DNA of 64,000 bases from Longimicrobiales bacterium (GTDB lineage Bacteria; Gemmatimonadota; Gemmatimonadetes; Longimicrobiales; Gaopeijiaceae). Numbering within the stretch: position 1 is the first letter of the stretch; every line of letters starts with the position of its first letter. The stretch covers positions 2,976,001 through 3,040,000 of the forward strand of contig CBDFIQ010000002.1 in assembly GCA_965248195.1 (NCBI GenBank), written 5' to 3'. The position numbers and the translations under genes were made by a program. Positions 31,153-39,888 of the stretch are shown piece after piece. The notes below the pieces were generated by a model that saw only the letters and a program-made list of their open reading frames with translations, was not told the origin of the DNA and made no database searches.

Positions 31153-31650
31153 ATGAACGCACCGAATAGGTTCCGACGCGCACGCGAAGCCGCGGTCGTT
31201 TTGCTGGCTTCTACCTTCACGGCTTGCGCCAGCCGGCCCGAAGGCGAACCCCTCCCCGCGGTCGATTCTCCGGACGAGGTGCAGGTCGGCTACGGCACGC
31301 AGGATTCGCGTGACCTGACCGGTGCGGTAGCATCCGTGACCCAAGACGACCTCGACGGGTGGGATGTCACGACGCTGGAGGACGTGATCAATGGCCGTTT
31401 CGCCGGCGTGCGCGCGACCCGTGGGCGGAATGGTCAGATCTCGATTCGCATTCGTGGCACCTCATCACTGATGGGGAGTGGCGAGCCACTCTACGTCATT
31501 GATGGCATGCCATTGTACGCCGGCGCGTCGGCCATTTCGGCCCTCAACCCGAAGGACATTTCGCGCATCGACATCCTCAAGGATGCAGGGGCAACCGCGA
31601 TCTACGGCAGCCGTGGCACCAATGGCGTCGTCGTCATCACGACCAGGTGA
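31153..31650 (+). CDS. Stand-alone TonB-dependent receptor plug-domain lipoprotein
   Basis: TAC lipobox, GYGT, IRIRG, PLYVIDG, LKDAGATAIYGSRGTNGV; no barrel. Confidence 0.85.
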   Translation: MNAPNRFRRAREAAVVLLASTFTACASRPEGEPLPAVDSPDEVQVGYGTQDSRDLTGAVASVTQDDLDGWDVTTLEDVINGRFAGVRATRGRNGQISIRIRGTSSLMGSGEPLYVIDGMPLYAGASAISALNPKDISRIDILKDAGATAIYGSRGTNGVVVITTR

Positions 31651-31751
31651 GGGCCTGAACGAGCTGGATCGGCACGAGTAAGATGAATCAGCCGAAGCAT
31701 GAGTACTTTGATCGCCGAAGGGCGAGCAATTTCTCAACCCATGGGGGACAC

Positions 31752-34700
31752 ATGCACAAGACCATACGTTTGATTGCGCTTAGCTTACTGACTTTGCTGG
31801 TTGGTGTAGCTGCGATGGCGGCTCCCGCACAGGGGCAGGTGGTCGGCACCGTTACGGTGGAAGGAACAGGAGAGCCACTCGTGTCCGCCGAGGTCTTCGT
31901 CGAAGGGACGGCGATCGGGCTCCTCACGAACCCAAATGGCCGGTTCACCCTGCTCAACGTCCCGGCGGGGCCACAGACCATCGTCGCCCGACGGCTCGGA
32001 TACCTGGACGCCCAGAGCGAAATCACGGTCACCGCGGGCACGACCACGACGGTGACCCTTGTCCTCCGGGAGACGGCGCTCAACCTGGATGGGTTCGTCG
32101 TGACGGGGTATGGCACACAGCAGCGGCGCGAGGTGACCGGTGCCGTCCAGTCAATTAGCGGCGCCACGATTACCGAGATCCCTGCGCCGAACTTGCAGAC
32201 GGCGCTTCAGGGGCGCCTGGCCGGAGTCAACGTGGCCGAATCGAGTGGTGAGCCGGGTGCGGCTCCACAGATCATCATTCGCGGGACGGGGTCGATTTCC
32301 GCCGGTACCGAGCCACTCTACGTGATCGACGGCGTGCCCTTCTCGTTGAACCTGACCAATCAGCTTTCGATCGACCAGCAGAACTCGAATTTCGGTGAGA
32401 CCAGGCTCAATCCCCTGGCCAACATCAATCCGAACGACATCGAGAGCATCGAGGTCCTGAAGGATGCGGCGGCGGCGGCGATCTATGGTTCCCGCGGGGC
32501 GAACGGGGTGATCCTGATCACGACCAAGCGGGGATCTTTCAACCAGGCTCCGCAGATGAGCCTCCGCGTGACTACGGGCGTACAGAACGCGTTCAATATT
32601 CCAGAATTCATGAACGCGGCGGAACAGGTCGAGTACGTCAAGATCTCCCGCAACGTCCCTTACCTAGCGCTTAGAGATCCTGAGAATCCTGCGAGTGCAT
32701 TTTACAATCCGCTCTATGATCCCGACACGAATGCCGGCCGCGAAGCAAACGGCGCGAGCGGCGGGCAGATGATTCCAGAGGCGTTTGTGAACTGGGACGG
32801 CGTTACGGATACGGATTGGATCGGCGAGGTTCTCGAACAGGCCTCCCTGCGGAACGTGGATCTGTCTGTCCGTGGCGGGTCCTCCAATTTCACTTACTTC
32901 GTCTCCTCGAATTATACGGATCAGGCCGGCATCATCGACAGATCCAACTTCCGGCGGCTCGGACTGCGGGCGAACCTGACCATGGAGGCGTCGGAGAGGC
33001 TTCAGCTGAGGCTCGACTTCAATTTCGCCTACACCGACCAGGACCGTGTGAGTGCGCAGGCACCGTATTTCGGTCGGCCCCCCGGCATCATCTACTCGGC
33101 GATGGTCGCGTCTCCCGTGGTGGAGATCTATGACGACGACGGAAACTACCTCCAGCGGGGTACGGGCAGCATCAATGGCCTCGGCAACGGCATGACCAGC
33201 TCCAATCACCCGCTTGCCGCAAGAGACTATATCACCGACGAGATCACGCAGGGCCGCGTCTTCGGAAGCTTCTCCGCGGGCTACGCGGTTCGGGACAATC
33301 TGAGATACAACCTGCTCTTCGGGTACGATTACGATACGAATCGCAGGAACTTCTATCAGGGAGTGCTTCTGCAGTACCGTGGCAGGACGACCCCCGAACC
33401 GTACTCGCAGACCTCGTCGGGGGAAAGCAACAACTGGCTGCTCGAGAATACCCTGACCTACAACGGGTCGAAGGGATCGCACACCTACAGCTTTCTTGCC
33501 GGCTACACGGCACAGAAGCAGTTCGACGAAACGAGCAGCATTATCGCGCGTAATTTCCCGGACGATCAGGTCACGACGATCAACGGGGGAGAAGTCACCG
33601 GTGGAAGCCAGAATCGGCAGGAATGGTCGCTGGTTTCAATGCTTGGGCGAGTCAACTACACCCTTCGGGACCGATATCTTGCGACGTTCACCTTCCGCTC
33701 GGACCGGTCTTCACGTTTCGGCAAGGGGAATCAGACGGGTTACTTCCCGTCGGTCTCGGTGGGATGGCAGATGACCGAGGAGCCGTTCATGCGGGGGGTC
33801 GATTTCTTCAGCCAGCTAAAGCCGAGGATCAGCTACGGCACGACCGGCAACTTTTCGATTCCGAATTACGGAGCGATCGGCTTGGTCGGCAGCGACCCGT
33901 ATGTCTTCGGCGACGCCGTGACGCCCGGTGCTACGCCACAGACACTCGGTAACAACGAGTTGACGTGGGAGACGAGCAGACAGGTGAATGTGGGCCTGGA
34001 CTTCGGCCTGCTAGGAGATCGCATTTATGGATCCGTCGACGGTTATGTCAGTAAGACCGAGGATCTGCTGCTGAACGTGAACGTTCCGTCCTCCACCGGT
34101 TTCGCGACGGCGCTCACGAACATCGGCGAGGTGGAGAACAAGGGATTTGAAGCTCAGATCACGTCCAGGAATGTCGTTGGCGGTTTTACTTGGACGACCG
34201 ATTTCAGCGTCGGCGCGAATCGGAATGAAGTGAAGGCGCTTGGGCCGGAAGGCGATCCAATCCTTTCGAGGGGTGCCGCCGGTGTTCGGCACAGAACTGC
34301 GGTCGGCGGTGAGGTCGGAGCCTATTTCGGCTACGTGCACGACGGGATCTACATGACACAGGCAGACCTCGACAACGCGCCGATCGACCAGGAGGGAACC
34401 GTCACCCTCGGCAATATCCGCTGGAAGGATATCAACGAGGACGGCTTCATCAATGCCGACGACCGCACCGAGATCGGAAGCTACAATCCCGATTTCACCT
34501 GGGGCCTGGGGAACCGGTTCAGCTGGCGCGATTTCGACCTGTACGTCTTCTTCAACGGCGTTCAGGGCCGCGAGATCCTGAACCTGACCAGACGCCATCT
34601 GACGGGTCAGGGGAACTTCAACCATTATAAGAATCTCCACGGGAACTACTATAAGTCTCCCGAGGAGCCCGGAAATGGATTTGATCACATTCCCGATCGC

Positions 34701-35003
34701 GGGGACACCGGAGGCGACGGCCGGGTGTCGAACTACCTGGTGGAAGATGGATCCTACATCAGCCTGAAGAACGTTTCGCTGGGTTGGGACGTACCGACTG
34801 ATCTGCTCCAAAGCTTGATGGGATCCTGGGCGCCTGATGGGATGCGCATCTATGCTTCCGTGAACAATGTGTTTATGTGGACGGATTATTGGGGCTGGAA
34901 CCCTGAGGCGAGCATTCAAGGAAATGGGCTGACCCCCGGTCAGGATTACGGAGTCTATCCCTTGATGAGAGCATTTCAGCTTGGCATGGATATCGATTTT
35001 TAA
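31752..35003 (+). CDS. SusC/RagA TonB-dependent transporter
   Basis: VVTGYG, LKDAAAAAIYGSRGANGVILITTK, LTWE, C-terminal F. Confidence 0.95.
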   Translation: MHKTIRLIALSLLTLLVGVAAMAAPAQGQVVGTVTVEGTGEPLVSAEVFVEGTAIGLLTNPNGRFTLLNVPAGPQTIVARRLGYLDAQSEITVTAGTTTTVTLVLRETALNLDGFVVTGYGTQQRREVTGAVQSISGATITEIPAPNLQTALQGRLAGVNVAESSGEPGAAPQIIIRGTGSISAGTEPLYVIDGVPFSLNLTNQLSIDQQNSNFGETRLNPLANINPNDIESIEVLKDAAAAAIYGSRGANGVILITTKRGSFNQAPQMSLRVTTGVQNAFNIPEFMNAAEQVEYVKISRNVPYLALRDPENPASAFYNPLYDPDTNAGREANGASGGQMIPEAFVNWDGVTDTDWIGEVLEQASLRNVDLSVRGGSSNFTYFVSSNYTDQAGIIDRSNFRRLGLRANLTMEASERLQLRLDFNFAYTDQDRVSAQAPYFGRPPGIIYSAMVASPVVEIYDDDGNYLQRGTGSINGLGNGMTSSNHPLAARDYITDEITQGRVFGSFSAGYAVRDNLRYNLLFGYDYDTNRRNFYQGVLLQYRGRTTPEPYSQTSSGESNNWLLENTLTYNGSKGSHTYSFLAGYTAQKQFDETSSIIARNFPDDQVTTINGGEVTGGSQNRQEWSLVSMLGRVNYTLRDRYLATFTFRSDRSSRFGKGNQTGYFPSVSVGWQMTEEPFMRGVDFFSQLKPRISYGTTGNFSIPNYGAIGLVGSDPYVFGDAVTPGATPQTLGNNELTWETSRQVNVGLDFGLLGDRIYGSVDGYVSKTEDLLLNVNVPSSTGFATALTNIGEVENKGFEAQITSRNVVGGFTWTTDFSVGANRNEVKALGPEGDPILSRGAAGVRHRTAVGGEVGAYFGYVHDGIYMTQADLDNAPIDQEGTVTLGNIRWKDINEDGFINADDRTEIGSYNPDFTWGLGNRFSWRDFDLYVFFNGVQGREILNLTRRHLTGQGNFNHYKNLHGNYYKSPEEPGNGFDHIPDRGDTGGDGRVSNYLVEDGSYISLKNVSLGWDVPTDLLQSLMGSWAPDGMRIYASVNNVFMWTDYWGWNPEASIQGNGLTPGQDYGVYPLMRAFQLGMDIDF

Positions 35004-35043
35004 CGACTTCAGGAATCCAAGTCCTTTGATGATAGGTGTCAAC

Positions 35044-36465
35044 ATGAAGCTGAAAATGAAAGCGTTTTTGATCGTACCGTTGGTTGTCCTCGTGACTTCA
35101 TGTAGTGAGGATTTCACGATTCTCAACCCGATTTCCGAACGGAATGTGGAAAATTTCTACCAGACCGAGACTGACTTCATCGTCGCAATCAACGGGGCGT
35201 ACGCCACGCTCGCGAGCAATGGCGCGTACAATAGAGCGTACCCTCTGCTCGAGGAGATGCGATCCGACAACACCCAGAACGGAGGCGGATCGACCGGACT
35301 CGCGGAGGTCTACTTCCGCCTCGCGTTCTTCGAGGAGGTGGCGACGGCGTCTGAGTTGTCTGATCCCTGGACCACGGCGTATCAGGGCATCGCCCGGGCC
35401 AACTTGATTTTGGATAGGTTGGATAATCTTTCCGACGCGGACCTCGCGGAACAGATTCGTGGCGAGGCGCTCTTTATCCGTTCTATCTTCTACTACCACT
35501 TAGCCATTCTTTGGGGGAATGTGCCGTTGCAGCTGGAGGCGGTGTCCTCTACGAGCGTAGAGGTGAACCAGGCATCTGCCAGCGTGATCTTCGATCAGAT
35601 CGCGAGCGACCTGGAGATCGCGCAGGGCTTGCTTCCGGCCTCCTATGCCGCCGAAGACTTAGGGCGCGCGACGGGGGGGGCCGCCAACGCGCTTCTCGGC
35701 CTCGCCTATTTGACGGATGGCGAGGACGCTCTGGCGGCGACGGCTCTCCAGCGTGTTGTGGATTCGGGGTTGTATTCGTTGGTCCCGAATTACGCCGACC
35801 TGTGGGGAGCGGCAAACGAGAATAATGTCGAGTCCGTCTTCGAGATTCAGTACAAGGAGGGCGGAACGGGCACAGGAAGCCAGTTCACGGACTACTATAC
35901 GCCCTTTGGTGGGTCTGGTGGAGTGGGCGCGGGTAATGCCCCGCAAAATCTTTCTCCTGGACTTGAGGATATCCACCTCATTCAGTATGGGATTGCGGAG
36001 ACTGACGAGCGCGGGATGGGCGGGACCTTTGACCTGAGCGGGACCGGCGGCGTCTACGTCAAGAAATGGGAAAGCATTCCCTTTGGGCCTGGGGACGCGG
36101 ACAACAACATGCCCGTCTTCCGTTACGCGGATGTTCTTCTCATGCTGGCGGAGGCCCTTGGAGACAGTCCCGCAGCGTATGCTCTGATCAATCAGGTACG
36201 TGCGCGCGCCGGTGTGACTCCGATCAGTGCGGCGACTACAGGAACGTTCGATGAAAAGCTGCTCTTCGAACGACGTTTGGAGTTCATCACGGAGCTGAAG
36301 CGTTGGGCCGATCTGACCCGGTTCGGCGTCGCCAAGCAGGTAATGGCGGCCTTCGCACCGCTTGCCACTGCTGGGAAAACGGAAGCAGACATCAGGCTAT
36401 TCTTCTTGATTCCGCAGCGTGAGATCGACGTGGCTCCCAACTCGATGACACAGAATCCCCTTTGA
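35044..36465 (+). CDS. SusD/RagB lipoprotein
   Basis: TSC lipobox, GEALFIRS, FRYADVLLMLAEA, ERRLEF..E..RW.DL. Confidence 0.95.
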   Translation: MKLKMKAFLIVPLVVLVTSCSEDFTILNPISERNVENFYQTETDFIVAINGAYATLASNGAYNRAYPLLEEMRSDNTQNGGGSTGLAEVYFRLAFFEEVATASELSDPWTTAYQGIARANLILDRLDNLSDADLAEQIRGEALFIRSIFYYHLAILWGNVPLQLEAVSSTSVEVNQASASVIFDQIASDLEIAQGLLPASYAAEDLGRATGGAANALLGLAYLTDGEDALAATALQRVVDSGLYSLVPNYADLWGAANENNVESVFEIQYKEGGTGTGSQFTDYYTPFGGSGGVGAGNAPQNLSPGLEDIHLIQYGIAETDERGMGGTFDLSGTGGVYVKKWESIPFGPGDADNNMPVFRYADVLLMLAEALGDSPAAYALINQVRARAGVTPISAATTGTFDEKLLFERRLEFITELKRWADLTRFGVAKQVMAAFAPLATAGKTEADIRLFFLIPQREIDVAPNSMTQNPL

Positions 36466-36536
36466 TTTAGACATCAAGGAACTTTGCGGCGGGCGAATAT
36501 GGGGCCTCGGTCGGCGATTCCCGTGCGTTCCTCGGA

Positions 36537-38429
36537 GTGAATTTTCCGGGCCTCCTCTCACCGATGGTTCGCGCGAGACTTCTCCTCCTGGCCGCGGTCG
36601 GCTCCCTGTGGTGCGATGTGGTCGCCGAGCAGGGGTTCACTGGCAGCTCCGCCGACGAGACGACCACAATCGTGGTCGACACTCCGATGTCCGTACCGGC
36701 CTGGGCACTTGCCGAGCGGGCGCTACTGGGGATCAACGCGGCCGGTGTGCAGCTGTATGACGACGCTCTTTTGAGCGATCGGGGTTATCTACCGACGACG
36801 CCGGGTTGGGGTGTTGGAAGTGGCCCCGACGACCTGATGGAGAATCTCCGGAAATGGCCGTTGGCTCACGCGCTCGGCGGGCATGATTCGATCATCGAGT
36901 CGTGGGAAAAAGCCTGGGAAGGGCACCTCCAACAGGTCGGTCAGACGCGGGTTCCGGAACTGGAGATGGCCCGAGAGGGCATCTACCACCAGGAATTCAT
37001 GACCTCCTACGACTGGGAGCACAACAGCGAAGGGCTCGGGCCGTTTTACTACTATGGGCTGAGTCGTCCGAACGATCCGCTTTACGAACAGCGACTACGT
37101 CGCTACGCCGGCTTCTATCTGAACGAGGATCCGGGTGCGCCAAATTACGATCCCGATCGGAAGATCATCCGGAGCCTCTTCAATGGAAGTCGCGGGCCGA
37201 AGATGACGCCCGCGACGGTCGACGATTGGGATGGCCCGGTCGGCGACAATGTGGATCCGAATTCGGGGAGGCGGACACGGTTTTTGGAGTCCAGCAATAT
37301 CGTTGGAGACCATCCCCTCAATTTGAACATCGCGATGTTGCATCTACACGCTTACATGGTCACTGGTGATGAGAAGTACCGGGACTGGGTGCTCGAGTAT
37401 GTCGATGCGTGGAGTGAACGGATCGACGCGAGCGGAGGAAATATCCCCTCGAACATTGGGTTGGATGGGACGATCGGGGGTGAATGGGACGGTAACTGGT
37501 TTAGCGGAATCTTTGGCTGGAGCTCTCCCGATGGGGGTGTGCGAAACTATACGCTGAGAGGCCCCCCCGAGGCTTTTGGCGCTGCGCTCCTGCTCACGGG
37601 TGATCAGGCGTATACCGGTGTTCTGAGACGTCAATTCGACAATCTCTTTGCCGCCAGTAGGGTCGAGGATGGTCGGATCATGTTACCGCGCTACTTCGGC
37701 GACGATGGCTGGTACGGGTACGCACCGATCGGTGGCGGTGCTTCCGGTGCACTCGGGAATCATGTGAATGTGCTGCTCGACATCTACATGTGGTCGCAGC
37801 GTCCGGAGGACCGTGAGCGCCTACCGGCACCGGAAGAGGCACAGATGAGTCATCACCCGGACCTGCGATGGATTGACTACTTGGAGGGTCGGAATCCTGA
37901 CTACCCACTCTCCGCACTTCAGGACGGAATTGAGGAAGTCCGAGCAACCGCGCAGCGACTTAGCGCGAGAGGCAACTTGACGGCGAATCCAGTCTCCACC
38001 TCTGCACTGATCAATTTAACCATGGGAGCGAGTGACCCCGGCGGATCGACGCACGGGCCACTCCCACTGCACGCGCAGGTTCGGCACTTCGATCCGGAAC
38101 TGCAAAGGGCCGGGCTTCCGGATGATGTGGCTGCGCTGGTGGAGCGTATCGAACCAGGCAGCGTGAGGTTGGTGCTCGTAAACATCAATCCACTACAGGC
38201 ACGGACGGTGACCGTTCAGATGGGGGCCTACGGTGAGCACCATGCGACGAGCGTCACGACCGGTGACCAAACGATTCCGATTGATGATTCCCACTTCAAT
38301 GTGCGGCTTGAGCCCGGTGCCGGGGCCTCGCTGACGATCGATGTTCAGAGATATGTTCATCAGCCGACGCTGAGATTTCCATGGGACGGCGCACCGCAAC
38401 CAAGGGGCAACCCAGGATTCCCTCGATGA
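36537..38429 (+). CDS. Hypothetical secreted protein, possibly alpha/alpha-toroid carbohydrate-active
   Basis: Long ORF in the operon; AYMVTGDEKYRDW helix repeat. Confidence 0.5.
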   Translation: MNFPGLLSPMVRARLLLLAAVGSLWCDVVAEQGFTGSSADETTTIVVDTPMSVPAWALAERALLGINAAGVQLYDDALLSDRGYLPTTPGWGVGSGPDDLMENLRKWPLAHALGGHDSIIESWEKAWEGHLQQVGQTRVPELEMAREGIYHQEFMTSYDWEHNSEGLGPFYYYGLSRPNDPLYEQRLRRYAGFYLNEDPGAPNYDPDRKIIRSLFNGSRGPKMTPATVDDWDGPVGDNVDPNSGRRTRFLESSNIVGDHPLNLNIAMLHLHAYMVTGDEKYRDWVLEYVDAWSERIDASGGNIPSNIGLDGTIGGEWDGNWFSGIFGWSSPDGGVRNYTLRGPPEAFGAALLLTGDQAYTGVLRRQFDNLFAASRVEDGRIMLPRYFGDDGWYGYAPIGGGASGALGNHVNVLLDIYMWSQRPEDRERLPAPEEAQMSHHPDLRWIDYLEGRNPDYPLSALQDGIEEVRATAQRLSARGNLTANPVSTSALINLTMGASDPGGSTHGPLPLHAQVRHFDPELQRAGLPDDVAALVERIEPGSVRLVLVNINPLQARTVTVQMGAYGEHHATSVTTGDQTIPIDDSHFNVRLEPGAGASLTIDVQRYVHQPTLRFPWDGAPQPRGNPGFPR

Positions 38430-39694
38430 GCGCACCTGATTCGAGCAAACGTCTCTCCCGCAGAGTACTCATCGCGCTGAGCGCAGTAGGTCCAGGCCTG
38501 TTCTTGATCGGGTACAATATCGGCACCGGCAGCATCACGACCATGGGAATGGCGGGTGCGCAGTATGGAATGAGCATGCTTTGGGCCGTCGTGCTCTCGG
38601 GAATCTTCACGTATGTCCTGATGGTCGCGTTCGGACATCTGACGCTCGTCACCGGCCAAACCGCCCTGCAAAGCTTCAAGACCAAGATCCCGAAAATCGG
38701 CAAGTACGTGGCCCTGTACCTCATGACCGCGCTGATTTTGGGCGAACTCGTCGCCCTGATCGGAGTCATGGGAATCGTTTCGGAGTTGATCCAGGAAGGG
38801 ATACGTCTCGCCTCGGCGGGCCAGACCCTCATGATTCCCACCGTGCGGATCATTCTGGTCGTTAGCACCGGGATCTTCCTGATGCTTTGGTTTGGCCAGT
38901 ACAAGCTCTTCGAAAAAGTCCTGACTGCGTTCGTGATCCTCATGGTGTTCTGTTTCGTTGCGGTCTTCTTCGTGGTGTCTCCTTCCTATTCGGCGATTAT
39001 GGCGGGACTGGTTCCCGCCATACCTAGCACGCCTGACGCCAGCCGGCTCATCGCGGCAATGGCCGGAACGACCGCTTCGGCGGCCGTTTTCATTGTTCGA
39101 AGTACGGTCATTGCCGAGAAGGGTTGGACGATTGATGATCTCCAACACGAGAAAAGGGATGCCTTCGTGTCCGCGTCCGTGATGGTCTTTCTGAGCACGG
39201 TCGTCATGGCTGTAGCGGCGGGAACCCTGCACGTCACGGGCACGACGATGGAATCGACTCTCGAGATGATCGGACTTCTCGAGCCGATCGGGGGCGACCT
39301 CGCCGCCTTCTTGTTGATCATCGGGGTTGCTGGGGCCGGTCTCTCCACGGTCTTTCCTATCGTCCTGATCGCCCCGTGGTTGGTGGCGGATTACATGGGC
39401 TGGAAGCGGGACCTGCGATCCCCGGCCTTCAGGCTGTTGATCGGGGTAGGGCTGATCTTTTCCTTTGGTTCGGTCCTCTTGGAGCAGACGCCGCCGGTGC
39501 TGATGGTCGTCGCCATGGCGCTTCAGGCCGCGATCTTACCCGCCGTGGCCATCCCCGTCTTTCATCTGCTGAACAAGAAGGAGGTGATGGGTGAAGAGTA
39601 CCTGCCTTCAGGGAAGTGGAATGCCGGCCTGATCGCGGTGATCCTGTTCTCCCTGGTGACGACCTGGTTCGCGGTTGAAGGTCTCCTCGGTTGA
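38426..39694 (+). CDS. NRAMP/MntH-like (APC superfamily) transporter
   Basis: VGPG..IGTGSITT..AGAQYG; about 11 TM helices. Confidence 0.75.
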   Translation: MSAPDSSKRLSRRVLIALSAVGPGLFLIGYNIGTGSITTMGMAGAQYGMSMLWAVVLSGIFTYVLMVAFGHLTLVTGQTALQSFKTKIPKIGKYVALYLMTALILGELVALIGVMGIVSELIQEGIRLASAGQTLMIPTVRIILVVSTGIFLMLWFGQYKLFEKVLTAFVILMVFCFVAVFFVVSPSYSAIMAGLVPAIPSTPDASRLIAAMAGTTASAAVFIVRSTVIAEKGWTIDDLQHEKRDAFVSASVMVFLSTVVMAVAAGTLHVTGTTMESTLEMIGLLEPIGGDLAAFLLIIGVAGAGLSTVFPIVLIAPWLVADYMGWKRDLRSPAFRLLIGVGLIFSFGSVLLEQTPPVLMVVAMALQAAILPAVAIPVFHLLNKKEVMGEEYLPSGKWNAGLIAVILFSLVTTWFAVEGLLG

Positions 39695-39888
39695 TCGACA
39701 ACGCCCCGATGACCCCGCGCTGTTCGAAACGTCCTCCTTCTGGACGGATTTTCGGCGGCAGAAGATTAGTTCAAGCACACCTGGGAAGATGGCCCGTCGT
39801 CTCCTCTGAGTATTCCTCTGGGGAGAAGCGGTGAACAGAGGCACTGATGCGTGAGACGTCCCACCACTTCGAGGCTACAAGGAATCGC

